Shown here in pieces: positions 1 to 8,676 of a stretch of 47,229 nucleotides of DNA. This DNA is from Chloroflexota bacterium (GTDB lineage Bacteria > Chloroflexota > Dormibacteria > Dormibacterales > Dormibacteraceae). Both the position numbers and the translations under genes were made by a program. Each line of letters starts with the position of its first letter. Within the stretch, counting starts at the first letter, position 1. The stretch is taken from positions 1 to 47,229 of the forward strand of contig VBDS01000012.1 in the NCBI GenBank assembly GCA_005889085.1, in the 5' to 3' direction. The notes beneath the pieces were generated by a model. It had not been told where the DNA came from. It was given only the letters and a program-made list of their open reading frames with translations, and made no database searches.

Positions 1-1325
1 GCATGGCAGGTCGAGTTGTAGCAGAGCTTCACCAGGTGGTCGCCGAGGCCGATGTCTCGCGGCACCGTCATGTCGACCGCGACGTTTCCGCTGCTGTCCG
101 AAAGGAATCCGAACGTGTGCAGAACACTCCACAGCTGGATCTGACCGTTCGTGTTTGCGGGGACTCGCGTCGCGCTGACGACGACGTTCTCGCCCGGCGA
201 GACTGTTGAGGATGAGAGCGACAGGGTCGGGGCCGCTAACGCGATCAACCCGAGCGAACCGAGGATCAACAGGACGATCGCCGCGGCGGCGATCATCGCG
301 ATCAGTCGTTTCCGCGATCTTCGTTTCGCTTGGGGCGCGATAACTTCGGCAGCGGTCGCGCCTGGAAATGCCACCGCCACGGTGCCCGGAAGCGGTGCCG
401 TCGCGACGCGCTCAGCGACAACTGCCGCTGCGACAAGCGGCACGGTCGAGGCCACGACCGGAGGAGCCATCACCATCGTCTTCGCCACGGCAGGCGCAGG
501 CGCAACGCCCTTCAGCGCCGCGTCGAGAGCATCGACAAACGCGGCGCATGAGCTCCAACGCGCAGCCGGGTCCTTCGACAGCCCGCGCATGACCACGGCG
601 TCGACGGCTGGACCAAGCGACGCTTCGCGCGAGCTGGGCGACGGCGGCTGGCGGTGGACCTGCGCGTAGAGCAGCTCCATCAGCGCCTCCCCGTCGAACG
701 GGATGACACCGGTGAGCATCTCGTATGCGATGGTCGCCAGGGAGTAGCGGTCTGACGCCGGTCCCACGCTGCTCCCCGTTACCTGCTCCGGCGCCATGTA
801 CGCGGGGGTTCCGGTGGTGACGCCGGTCATCGACTTGAGCGACGAGCCCTGCAGCAACTTCGCTAGCCCGAAGTCCGCCAGGACAGGCGAGTCATCGGCG
901 GTCAAGAGGACGTTGGCCGGTTTGACGTCGCGATGGACGATTCCGTGCTCATGCGCGTAGTCGAGCCCAGACGCAATCCCGCGCAGGTACTTGAGCGCCG
1001 TCGCCTGGTCGAGCCGCCGGCCGTTCATGCGCCCGGCCAGGCTGCCGCCGGGGACGTACTCCACGATCATGTAGGGCGTCCCCTGGTACTCCCCGAAGTC
1101 GTAGACGTCGACGATGTTCGGGTGGCGAAGCTTGGCGATCGCCTGGGCTTCGTGCCGGAAGCGGGCCACGGTGTCGTCGTCAGGCGTGATGGCCTGCATC
1201 ACCTTGACCGCGCCCGTGCGCTCGAGCTCGGTGTGGTAGGCACGATAAACCAGGCCCATGGCTCCCTGGCCTATGAAGTCCTGGACCTCGTACTGCCCCA
1301 GCTTGGTCCCCGGCGCTACTGGCAC
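1..1325 (-). CDS. Hanks-type Ser/Thr protein kinase with a C-terminal TM segment and extracytoplasmic tail; 3' end runs off the window
   Basis: My own minus-strand translation from GTG at 1325, with an in-frame TAA four codons upstream. Motifs: GQYEVQDFIGQGAMGLVY, AVKV, HRDVKPANVLL, DFGLAK, GTPAYMAPEQ. These are followed by an Ala/Pro linker and the hydrophobic IAMIAAAAIVLLILGSLGLIAL. The ORF is absent from the ORF track because it is open at the window edge. Confidence 0.9.
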   Translation of the reverse strand, partial: MPVAPGTKLGQYEVQDFIGQGAMGLVYRAYHTELERTGAVKVMQAITPDDDTVARFRHEAQAIAKLRHPNIVDVYDFGEYQGTPYMIVEYVPGGSLAGRMNGRRLDQATALKYLRGIASGLDYAHEHGIVHRDVKPANVLLTADDSPVLADFGLAKLLQGSSLKSMTGVTTGTPAYMAPEQVTGSSVGPASDRYSLATIAYEMLTGVIPFDGEALMELLYAQVHRQPPSPSSREASLGPAVDAVVMRGLSKDPAARWSSCAAFVDALDAALKGVAPAPAVAKTMVMAPPVVASTVPLVAAAVVAERVATAPLPGTVAVAFPGATAAEVIAPQAKRRSRKRLIAMIAAAAIVLLILGSLGLIALAAPTLSLSSSTVSPGENVVVSATRVPANTNGQIQLWSVLHTFGFLSDSSGNVAVDMTVPRDIGLGDHLVKLCYNSTCH

Positions 1326-1571
1326 GACCGCTGATTATGCGATTCAGCCGGTCGGACTCAGTTCGACTTAACCAATCATTTACTTACGAGCTGGACAAGA
1401 ACGAGACGTGATTGGTCGCCGCCGGAGGTGCATTGTCGGCGCGGGGTTGCTGGCGCGCGATTAGGATCCTTTTGCGCAAGACGCGCGTAATTCGGCGCGG
1501 ATTTGGAGCTTTTTGTGCAGAGCGCGCGTTCATTTACTGCGGGCAGCCACGCGGATGGGGAGGACCGGCAG

Positions 1572-2273
1572 TCAGGCGGGCGGTGCTTGTTTCCAGCCAC
1601 CCTTTCCGCCGCGCCGTATGGCGACCAGGCCGGCGAGGATCGAGAGCGCGATCTCGGCCGGTGTTCTCGAGCCGAGCTCCAACCCGACCGGGCTCTGGAT
1701 CCGGGCGATCACGCTCTCGTCCACGCCTTTGGCGCGCAGCGCCTCGAGGTGATGGCCGGTGTGGCGCCGGCTGCCGACCAGGCCGATGAAGCGCGGGTTG
1801 CGCGGCAGCACCTTCTCGAGCGCCTGCACCAGATCCTCGGCGTCATGGTTCGTGTGAACGACGTAGACATCCCCAACCAGCCCAGGTAGGTCAGCCGCTG
1901 AAGGGGCGAGGACTGGCCGGAACCCGACCTCGGGCGCCCAGCGCACGAGCGCGCGGGCGACTGGCGTGTCGGCGAACACGACGAGGGTGGGCGAAGCCGC
2001 ATACGGCTCGAGGTAGACCTCGATCGAGCCCAGGTCGTGGCGATAGGTCCGCATCTGAGGCGCACCGCCGGCCGCAATCGATTCGGAGTCGGCCAGCGCC
2101 GCCGAGTCGAACTCGCTGCAGCCGAGCGTCCCCGCGATTGACATCGTGCCGGACATCAGCAGCTTGGCCCCGGGCTGCGAAGGTGGCTCGCCGTCGAGCT
2201 TGATCACAGTCGCCAGCACGACCGGCTCGCCGCGCGCGATCCGCGAGGCGAGCTCCTCCTCAACGCTAGGCAT
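1572..2273 (-). CDS. xdhC: XdhC/CoxI-family molybdenum-cofactor insertion chaperone
   Basis: 233-aa ORF. N-terminal XdhC_CoxI-like region (VVLATVIKLDGEPPSQPGAKLLM) and C-terminal Rossmann-like region (TLVVFADTPVARAL...FIGLVGSRRH). Its start overlaps the upstream desulfurase stop by 8 nt. Confidence 0.85.
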   Translation of the reverse strand: MPSVEEELASRIARGEPVVLATVIKLDGEPPSQPGAKLLMSGTMSIAGTLGCSEFDSAALADSESIAAGGAPQMRTYRHDLGSIEVYLEPYAASPTLVVFADTPVARALVRWAPEVGFRPVLAPSAADLPGLVGDVYVVHTNHDAEDLVQALEKVLPRNPRFIGLVGSRRHTGHHLEALRAKGVDESVIARIQSPVGLELGSRTPAEIALSILAGLVAIRRGGKGGWKQAPPA

Positions 2274-3366
2274 TCGCAGGTGCGCGCATCAAGACCGAGC
2301 GCAGGATGTCGATCGCGTGCGAGACGTCGTCGTCGGAGGTCGACCATCCTGTCGTCAGGCGGAGGCTGCCGAGCGCCTGCTCCAGGTTCAGGCCAATCGC
2401 CAGCAGCACGTGGGATGGGTCGAGCGAGCCCGACGCGCACGCGGATCCGCTCGAGGCGGCGACGCCCGCGAGGTCGAGGCCCAGCAGCATGTCCTCGCCA
2501 CGCCTGCCCTCCAGCGCGCAGGTGGCGAAGTTCGGAAGCCGCGGCTCGTCGCCGGTGAGCGTCGCGCCAAGCTCGGACAGCGCCGCCCGCAGCGCCCGGC
2601 TCTGACGGAGCGCGACGCGCGAGCGTTCGTTCCGGTGCTGCGCCGAAGCGGCGAGGGCCGCCGCCACGGCTGTGGCTGACGGCACGTCTTCGTGGCCGGC
2701 GCGGCGGCCCCATTCCTGCGGGCCTCCAAAAAGAAGCGGGTCGATCCTGACCCCGTCCTTCACGAACAGGAGCCCGCCACGCCCCGCCCCAAGCTTGTGG
2801 CCGCTGATCGACACGAGGTCCGCGCCGGGAGGGATCGGCATCCACCGGGGGCCCGCGCACGCATCGAGGTGGACCAGGGCGCCGACGTCGTGGGCGCGTT
2901 GGATGACCTCCGCCACAGGCTGAACGGAGCCCAACTCGTTGTTGGCGAGGCCCACCGAGACAAGGGCCGTGCCCGGAACGATCGCGTCGGGATCTGCTCG
3001 CGCCGCGCGGTCGACTTCGGCGATCACCACGTCGTAGCCGAGGATCTGCAGGCGTCGAACCGCGGCCAGGACAGACTGGTGCTCGGCCGCCCAGGTCACG
3101 ATCGCGCCGCGTTTCGGCAGCCGCGCGGCAGAGCCGAACAGCGCGAGGTTGACGGCTTCGGTGCCCGAGGCCACGAAGGTGATCTCGGTGCGCTGGACAC
3201 CGAGCGCCGACGCCGCCATATCGCGCGCGCCGTCGAGCAGTGCCCGGGCGGCGCGTCCTTCTGAGTGTGGGCTCGAGGGGTTGCCATGCGCGAGGTCCTG
3301 GAGCGCGACGCGAACCTCGTCGAGGACAGGGGCAGAGCCGGCGTCGTCGAGGTAGATCCGCTTCAT
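2266..3366 (-). CDS. Class-V aminotransferase / cysteine desulfurase (NifS/IscS-like)
   Basis: 366-aa ORF with the PLP-Lys motif SGHKLGAGRGGLLFV and the catalytic loop SSGSACASGS. Confidence 0.9.
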   Translation of the reverse strand: MKRIYLDDAGSAPVLDEVRVALQDLAHGNPSSPHSEGRAARALLDGARDMAASALGVQRTEITFVASGTEAVNLALFGSAARLPKRGAIVTWAAEHQSVLAAVRRLQILGYDVVIAEVDRAARADPDAIVPGTALVSVGLANNELGSVQPVAEVIQRAHDVGALVHLDACAGPRWMPIPPGADLVSISGHKLGAGRGGLLFVKDGVRIDPLLFGGPQEWGRRAGHEDVPSATAVAAALAASAQHRNERSRVALRQSRALRAALSELGATLTGDEPRLPNFATCALEGRRGEDMLLGLDLAGVAASSGSACASGSLDPSHVLLAIGLNLEQALGSLRLTTGWSTSDDDVSHAIDILRSVLMRAPANA

Positions 3367-3388
3367 CGGCGGAGAAGCGCGGACCGGA

Positions 3389-3733
3389 TCAGCCCCGGGT
3401 GTGGTCCGGCTGCTGGATCAGCTCTTTCAGCGTGCCCTGGAAGCCCTTGAGCATCAGATGAAGGTCGAGGATCTCGTCGACCGTGATCGGCTCTGCCTCC
3501 ACCACCACCGGCTCCTCGATGAGCTCGGTCGCCCCAATCGTCTCCTCCACCGCGCTGCCCGCGATCGCGAGCACGACGACAAACGTCACCTGGCACTGCG
3601 AGCACGTCACCTGGAGGTGAAATCTCTCCTCCTCGTGGCTGAGGACCTGGACATCACAGCCCTTGAGGCTGCGCCCGCAGACCGGGCAGTTGTAGAACCG
3701 CGCCCGATCGCGAATGAACTCGATGATGCTCAT
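3389..3733 (-). CDS. Hypothetical zinc-ribbon-like protein (114 aa)
   Basis: Internal ATG (MSIIEF...) of the long 3389..4123 ORF. Contains CPVC...CSQC cysteine pairs and an acidic C-terminus. The upstream part of the listed ORF overlaps the cupin gene out of frame and is discarded. Confidence 0.55.
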   Translation of the reverse strand: MSIIEFIRDRARFYNCPVCGRSLKGCDVQVLSHEEERFHLQVTCSQCQVTFVVVLAIAGSAVEETIGATELIEEPVVVEAEPITVDEILDLHLMLKGFQGTLKELIQQPDHTRG

Positions 3734-3798
3734 CGCAGCGACCCATATTACGCCCCGAGGCTGGGATCGGAAGTTGTCGAGGTCTTTCGGCCGAGCCT

Positions 3799-4071
3799 CT
3801 ACCGATGGCCCTCGATGCACGTGCAGCCGGACGGTCCGACGACCGCCGAATGGACCGTCCCGGCGGGCAGCTCCATGCGGTCTCCTGGGCTCAGCTCGAG
3901 TCGCCGTCCCTCGCCCTCCAGGACGAATGTGATCGATCCTTCTACGCAGTAAAGGACCTTCTCGTAGTTGTGGCTGTGGGCGGCGTAACGGTCGCCTGGC
4001 CCGTTGGACCACGGATAACAGCCGCTCGCCTCGGTGCGCAGCCGTGCCATGAGGTCGTCGAGTGTTGGCAC
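3799..4071 (-). CDS. Cupin-domain protein (90 aa)
   Basis: Cupin motifs HSHNYEKVLYCVEGSITF and PAGTVHSAVVG. Codon third positions are GC-rich. Confidence 0.7.
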   Translation of the reverse strand: MPTLDDLMARLRTEASGCYPWSNGPGDRYAAHSHNYEKVLYCVEGSITFVLEGEGRRLELSPGDRMELPAGTVHSAVVGPSGCTCIEGHR

Positions 4072-4556
4072 AGGCCGATTCTAAGATGACACTGGTGAGA
4101 CCCCGGTTTCTGGCCGACTGCAACGTCGGGCGGCTGGCGCGCTGGCTGCGCGCTCTCGGCTATGACGCGTCCTACCACGCGCGGATCGACGACTCAGAGC
4201 TCGTTCGCGAAGCCGCGGCCGAAAATCGGGTGGTCCTCACGCGCGACCGTGACCTGACCAAGCGACGTGTCATCCAGACCGGCGTGGTGCGCGCGATACT
4301 CATCCGCGACGACGACGTGACCAAGCAGCTGCGCCAGGTGTTTGGCGAGCTCGGCCTGGAACTCAAGGAAGCGCTGACGCGGTGCATCGAGTGCAACTCC
4401 GAGCTCGAGTCACGCGTCCCGGCGATGGTGGCCGAGCGCGTGCCTCCGTACGTGTGGCAAACCCAATCCCGCTACTCCGAATGTCCGGAGTGCGGCCGGA
4501 TCTACTGGGCCGGGACGCACTGGCAGCGAATGCGCGACGTGCTGCTCGGATTGTGA
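4062..4556 (+). CDS. Mut7-C RNase domain (DUF82) protein, PIN-like with a C-terminal zinc ribbon
   Basis: FLADCNVGRLARWLRALGYD and VLTRDRDL, then CIECN...CPECGRIYWAGTHW. The start may instead be ATG 4086 (MTLVRPRF). Confidence 0.8.
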   Translation: MLAQADSKMTLVRPRFLADCNVGRLARWLRALGYDASYHARIDDSELVREAAAENRVVLTRDRDLTKRRVIQTGVVRAILIRDDDVTKQLRQVFGELGLELKEALTRCIECNSELESRVPAMVAERVPPYVWQTQSRYSECPECGRIYWAGTHWQRMRDVLLGL

Positions 4557-5506
4557 GGGACGTTCTGCGCCGCCTGGTCGCAGGCGAGCTGACCGAAGAC
4601 GAAGCGCTGGCAGAGCTTCGGCGCATGCAGCTCGATGAGCTCGGCGGTCGCGCCCGGCTGGACCTCGGACGTTATCTGCGGCGAGGGATTCCAGAGGTCG
4701 TGCTGGCCACCGGGAAGGCCCCTCACGACGCGGCTCGTCTCGCCGTCGCATTGGCCGAGCGCCAGGGCCAGGGACTCATCAGCCGCATGACCGGTGCCCA
4801 CGATGTGGCGCTGCGCGCCGCGGCCGAGGCAGCAAGCATGGACGTCGTCGTCTACCACACGTCAGCGCGCGTCCTGCGTCCAGGATTTTTGCCCGAGGCC
4901 AGCGACGGCAAGGTGGCGATCCTCACTGCGGGGACGTCGGACCTGCCGGCGGCGGACGAGGCGCGGATGGTGATCGAGTCATGCGGCGTCGAGGCAAGGC
5001 TCGAGGCGGACCTCGGCGTCGCAGGTCTCCACCGGTTTGTCGGTCCGCTTGCGGCGGCCCTGGAGTGGGGGGCTGACGTGATCATCGTCGCCGCCGGGAT
5101 GGACGGCGTTCTTCCCGGGTTGGTCGCCGGCCTGATCGACTTGCCAGTGATCGGTCTCCCGGTGTCGACCGGCTATGGCCATGGCGCCGCGGGTGAGGGC
5201 GCGCTCACGACGATGCTGCAGTCGTGCTCGACGGGTCTGACCGTGGTGAACATCGACAGCGGCGTGGGAGCTGGCGCCGCTGCGGTGCTGATCGCTGCTC
5301 GGGCCGGTCAGGGCCGCCGGCGCGGGACGACTACAGCAACGATGGCAACCACGACCGCGGCGACCAGCATCAAACCGAACAGAGCGGCCGCCACTCCACG
5401 CGAAACTTCGGCCCCTCCGGGCAGCGCAAAGACAAGCCCGAAAAGAAGCATCGCCGCGAGGACGCCGACGAGCAGCCACGGAAAGCCGCGCCGCCGGCGC
5501 CCATAG
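4553..5506 (+). CDS. larB: LarB-like (PurE-related) nickel-pincer cofactor biosynthesis protein with an unusual low-complexity C-terminal tail
   Basis: GTG 4553 overlaps the Mut7-C stop (GTGA). AIR-carboxylase-like core: KVAILTAGTSDLPAADEA...VIIVAAGMDGVLPGLVAGL...PVIGLPVSTGYG. The core ends near 5312, but the first stop is at 5504-5506. Confidence 0.8.
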   Translation: MRDVLRRLVAGELTEDEALAELRRMQLDELGGRARLDLGRYLRRGIPEVVLATGKAPHDAARLAVALAERQGQGLISRMTGAHDVALRAAAEAASMDVVVYHTSARVLRPGFLPEASDGKVAILTAGTSDLPAADEARMVIESCGVEARLEADLGVAGLHRFVGPLAAALEWGADVIIVAAGMDGVLPGLVAGLIDLPVIGLPVSTGYGHGAAGEGALTTMLQSCSTGLTVVNIDSGVGAGAAAVLIAARAGQGRRRGTTTATMATTTAATSIKPNRAAATPRETSAPPGSAKTSPKRSIAARTPTSSHGKPRRRRP

Positions 5507-5550
5507 AAAAAGAGCCACAACCAGCTCGGTCGCTTTTTCGGCTCGCTCAT
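5308..5550 (-). CDS. Small two-TM membrane protein (80 aa), hypothetical
   Basis: ATG 5550 overlaps the upstream HAD stop (ATGA). Two hydrophobic helices (WLLVGVLAAMLLFGLVFAL and AAALFGLMLVAAVVVAIVAVVV). Lies antisense to the LarB tail. Confidence 0.5.
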   Translation of the reverse strand: MSEPKKRPSWLWLFFYGRRRRGFPWLLVGVLAAMLLFGLVFALPGGAEVSRGVAAALFGLMLVAAVVVAIVAVVVPRRRP

Positions 5551-6260
5551 ACCAGGTCGCGCACCTCGGCGAGGGATTGGATGGTGGCTACGTCGTGGGG
5601 CGGGGTTTCGTCCGCGTGCGCCATGACGACCACGGCGCGCATGCCGAGTGCGCGCGGGCCTTCGTAGTCCTCGCGTAAGCGGTCGCCAACGAACAAAGTC
5701 CGGTTGGGCTCGCTGGCAATCGCGTCGAGTGCGGCTCGATACATCTCGGGCGCCGGCTTGCGGCGGCCGACCTCGCTCGAGAAGACGATCGCGTCCACCT
5801 CGGCGGCGATGCCGTTGCTCTCGACCTGGCGCCGCATCATCTGGGGCGGAAACGGCGCATTGGAGCAGATGCCCCGCTTGATTCCGCCCTGACCGAGCCA
5901 GGTCAGCAGCGGCATGGCATCGGGGTCGACCCGGACGGCGCGGTCCCAGCACCCCTGCTCGGCGTCCAGGATCTCGTACAGCAGGCCGTCGGGCAGCCTC
6001 ATGCCGGCGTTGTGCCATGACTCGCGGTAGACGTCCATGTACTCGACCTCGTCTTCGCTGGTGCTGCTGACGAATGACTCCATCGGCAACAACACCTCAT
6101 GGAGGAGCGCATCGGCTTCAGGCGCCGAAACGCCAAGTGCGGACTCGATTCGCGGCCGGAACTGACGCAGGACTTTCAACAGGTCATCGGTCGGGTAGTC
6201 GAACGTGACGAGCGTGCGGCCGTAGTCGAACAGCACTCCGTCGATCCCGGGCATGCGCAT
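5547..6260 (-). CDS. HAD-superfamily hydrolase
   Basis: MRMPGIDGVLFDYGRTL (DxG motif I), ICSNAP (motif II) and FVGDRLREDYEG (motif IV). The N-terminal 108 codons of the listed ORF are antisense to moaC and are discarded. ATG 6254 is an alternative start. Confidence 0.8.
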   Translation of the reverse strand: MRMPGIDGVLFDYGRTLVTFDYPTDDLLKVLRQFRPRIESALGVSAPEADALLHEVLLPMESFVSSTSEDEVEYMDVYRESWHNAGMRLPDGLLYEILDAEQGCWDRAVRVDPDAMPLLTWLGQGGIKRGICSNAPFPPQMMRRQVESNGIAAEVDAIVFSSEVGRRKPAPEMYRAALDAIASEPNRTLFVGDRLREDYEGPRALGMRAVVVMAHADETPPHDVATIQSLAEVRDLV

Positions 6261-6273
6261 ATCCTGATGCTCC

Positions 6274-6747
6274 GTGGCAAAACGATTGACGCACCTCGAC
6301 GACAAGGGCGCGGCGCGCATGGTGGACGTCGCCGGCAAGTCGGTCACTCTGCGCGAGGCGACGGCCGAATGCATCGTGCGGATGGCGCCCGAAACCCTGC
6401 ATGCGGTGCGCGAAGGAACCGCCAAGGGCGACGCCCTCCAGGTCGCGCGAGTGGCGGGCATCATGGCCGCGAAGCGCACTCCGGACCTCATCCCGCTCTG
6501 CCATCCGCTGCCGATCACCGGTATCACGGTCGACTTCGAGCTCGTGACCGGGGGCGTTCGCGTCGTCACGAAGGTGCGGGTCACCGGTCAGACGGGCGTC
6601 GAGATGGAGGCATTGACCGCAGCTGCCGTCGCGGGGTTGACGCTGATCGACATGGTGAAAGCCATCGAGCGCGGCGTCTACATCGAGTCGGTGCGCCTCC
6701 TCGAAAAGTCCGGAGGCCGGTCCGGGACCTGGAAGCGCGGGGCTTGA
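6274..6747 (+). CDS. moaC: Cyclic pyranopterin monophosphate synthase MoaC
   Basis: [44 protein letters not shown] and [25 protein letters not shown] start. Confidence 0.95.
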   Translation: MAKRLTHLDDKGAARMVDVAGKSVTLREATAECIVRMAPETLHAVREGTAKGDALQVARVAGIMAAKRTPDLIPLCHPLPITGITVDFELVTGGVRVVTKVRVTGQTGVEMEALTAAAVAGLTLIDMVKAIERGVYIESVRLLEKSGGRSGTWKRGA

Positions 6748-7226
6748 GCGGCCTCGCCCACGTCATCACCGTCAGCGACGGGGTGTCCGCAGGCACCCGC
6801 ACTGATGCAAGCGGTCCGGCCCTGTTAGAGATGCTGGGGGAGGCAGGCTTGAACGTTTCGGGCCCAGAGGTCGTACCTGATGAGCACGAGCTGATCACCG
6901 ACGCCATCATCGCCGCCGTGGTCGCGGGCGCGGACCTGGTGGTGACCACCGGCGGCACGGGCCTTGGACCGCGCGACGTCACCCCACAGGCCACGTCGCT
7001 GGTGATCGATTACGAGGTCCCTGGGATCGCCGAGCTCATGCGCCGCGCCGGGGAGGCGAGCACCCCGATGTCGGCGCTCTCCCGCGGAGTCGCCGGGGTG
7101 CGCGGCCACGCGCTGATCCTCAACGTTCCCGGCAGCAGCAAAGGCGCGACCGAATCGCTCGCCGCGGTGCTGCCGCTCCTGGAACATGCGATGCAGCTCC
7201 TCCACGGCCACACGCAACATAAATGA
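6744..7226 (+). CDS. mog: MoaB/MogA-family molybdopterin adenylyltransferase-like protein
   Basis: TTG 6744 overlaps the moaC stop (TTGA). Motifs: [28 protein letters not shown] and [12 protein letters not shown]. Confidence 0.85.
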   Translation: MSGLAHVITVSDGVSAGTRTDASGPALLEMLGEAGLNVSGPEVVPDEHELITDAIIAAVVAGADLVVTTGGTGLGPRDVTPQATSLVIDYEVPGIAELMRRAGEASTPMSALSRGVAGVRGHALILNVPGSSKGATESLAAVLPLLEHAMQLLHGHTQHK

Positions 7227-7900
7227 ACCTCAACGCCGATATTGGTGAGGGCGCCGGCGAGGACGAGGCCGTGCTGGCTTCTGTCGACAGCGCGAACATC
7301 GCGTGCGGCGTCCACGCGGGCTCAGCGTCGATCGCGATCGCGACCGCGTGGCGATGCCGGACACTCGGCCTGGAGGTGGGGGCGCATCCCGGCTACGACG
7401 ACAGGTCGGGCTTCGGCCGTGTCGAGCGGTCGCTCGGCGCGGACGAGATAGAGGCGCTCATCGCCTTCCAGGTGGCAAGCCTCGCCGCCGTGGCCCCGAT
7501 CGCATACATCAAGCCTCATGGCGCGCTGTACCACCGCTGCCAGCGGGACGCGGCGGCGGCCGACGCGCTGGCGCGGGTCGCGAAGTCACACGGCATTGGA
7601 TTGGTCGGGCAGCCTGGGTTCGAGATCGTCGCCGCGGCTGGGCGCGCGGGCGTCCCGGGCTACCGCGAGGGTTTCGCCGACCGGCTGATGCTGCCCGACG
7701 GCTCGCTCGCGCCGCGCAGCCAGGCGGGCGCGGTCCTCAACCCGGACCTCGCCGCGCAGCAGGCGCTGAGCCTCGCCCGTTCCGGCCGCTGCGACACGAT
7801 CTGCGTCCACGGTGACACCAAAGGCGCCGGCCAGGTCGCTGCCTCGGTCCGCAAGGCACTGCGCGAAGCCGGCATCGAGACCGCGCCCCTGGCCAGTTGA
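7223..7900 (+). CDS. pxpA: 5-oxoprolinase subunit A (LamB/YcsF family)
   Basis: [10 protein letters not shown]...SANIACGVHAGS...GAHPGYDD...IKPHGALY. ATGA overlap with mog. Confidence 0.9.
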   Translation: MNLNADIGEGAGEDEAVLASVDSANIACGVHAGSASIAIATAWRCRTLGLEVGAHPGYDDRSGFGRVERSLGADEIEALIAFQVASLAAVAPIAYIKPHGALYHRCQRDAAAADALARVAKSHGIGLVGQPGFEIVAAAGRAGVPGYREGFADRLMLPDGSLAPRSQAGAVLNPDLAAQQALSLARSGRCDTICVHGDTKGAGQVAASVRKALREAGIETAPLAS

Positions 7901-8676
7901 ATCCAGCCGGCGCACTCGCGCTCAAGCTGGTCCTGACCCCCGTCCTGGTCGGCGCGGCAAGCCTGGCCGGACGCCGGTGGGGCTCAGCAGTGGGCGGATG
8001 GTTGATCGGGATCCCATTCACCTCCGGACCGATCGCCTTCTTCCTTGCCTTGAATCCAGGTCCGCGATTTGCGGCAGAGGCTGCCGCCGGGATCATGGCC
8101 GGCACAGCGTCCCAGGCGATGTTCTGCCTGGCCTACGCGTGGGCGGCGCAGCGCGCGGGCTGGGCTCAATCGTTGATCGCTGCGACCGTCGCCTTCATCT
8201 CCGCCACTGTCCTCCTCGACCTCTTCATCGCTCCGGCGCCGGCCATGTTTGTGGTCATGCTTCTGGTCCTGGTGGTATCGCTGTTTCTGATGCCGGGCGA
8301 GTCGATCCGATCGGGCGAGCAGATCGCGTCTCCAAGTTGGGACCTCCCGGCGCGCATGGCCGTCGCCACCGCTTTCGTGGTCGCGCTGACGGCGGCGGCG
8401 CCGCTCCTCGGTCCCCGCCTGGCTGGGCTCGTCGCGCCGTTCCCGCTCTATGGAGCGGTGCTCGCAGGGTTTGCCCATCGCATCCAGGGCGCCGGCCAGG
8501 CGGTGGCCGTGCTGCGCGGCTTGCTGCTGGGACTCTTTGCGTTCGCGTCCTTCTTCCTGACACTCGCCCTCGTTCTGCCTACCGGGATCGCCGTCGCGTT
8601 CGGATCCGCGATCGCGGTGGCGCTCCTCGTGCAGGGCGGGTCGCTCGTGGCCGGGCGGCGCTGGGGCCTCGCGTGA
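7897..8676 (+). CDS. Polytopic membrane protein, hypothetical (259 aa)
   Basis: Hydrophobic throughout, with about 7-8 predicted helices. TTGA overlap with pxpA and GTGA overlap with the downstream GNAT gene. Confidence 0.6.
   Translation: MNPAGALALKLVLTPVLVGAASLAGRRWGSAVGGWLIGIPFTSGPIAFFLALNPGPRFAAEAAAGIMAGTASQAMFCLAYAWAAQRAGWAQSLIAATVAFISATVLLDLFIAPAPAMFVVMLLVLVVSLFLMPGESIRSGEQIASPSWDLPARMAVATAFVVALTAAAPLLGPRLAGLVAPFPLYGAVLAGFAHRIQGAGQAVAVLRGLLLGLFAFASFFLTLALVLPTGIAVAFGSAIAVALLVQGGSLVAGRRWGLA

Noticed and set aside
1326-1571. A 246-bp lower-GC intergenic region upstream of the kinase, containing the small palindromes TTGCGCAA (1472-1479) and GGATCC. I examined it for a tRNA, sRNA or riboswitch.
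   Set aside because: I found no cloverleaf, no conserved riboswitch core I recognise, and no convincing -35/-10 pair. Only the degenerate half-copy of the palindromic element at 1537-1564 is reportable.
2204-2860. Long ORFs antisense to, or out of frame with, clear genes. Examples: 2204..2860, 10745..11500, 16481..17740, 20552..21268, 24078..25214 and 45613..46602.
   Set aside because: These are typical high-GC shadow ORFs. They are Arg/Pro/Ala-rich and low-complexity, show no recognisable domains, and each overlaps a gene with strong motif support on the other strand or frame.
7610-7630. A GGTTCGA string resembling a tRNA T-arm.
   Set aside because: It lies inside the pxpA coding frame, with no matching acceptor or anticodon stems around it.
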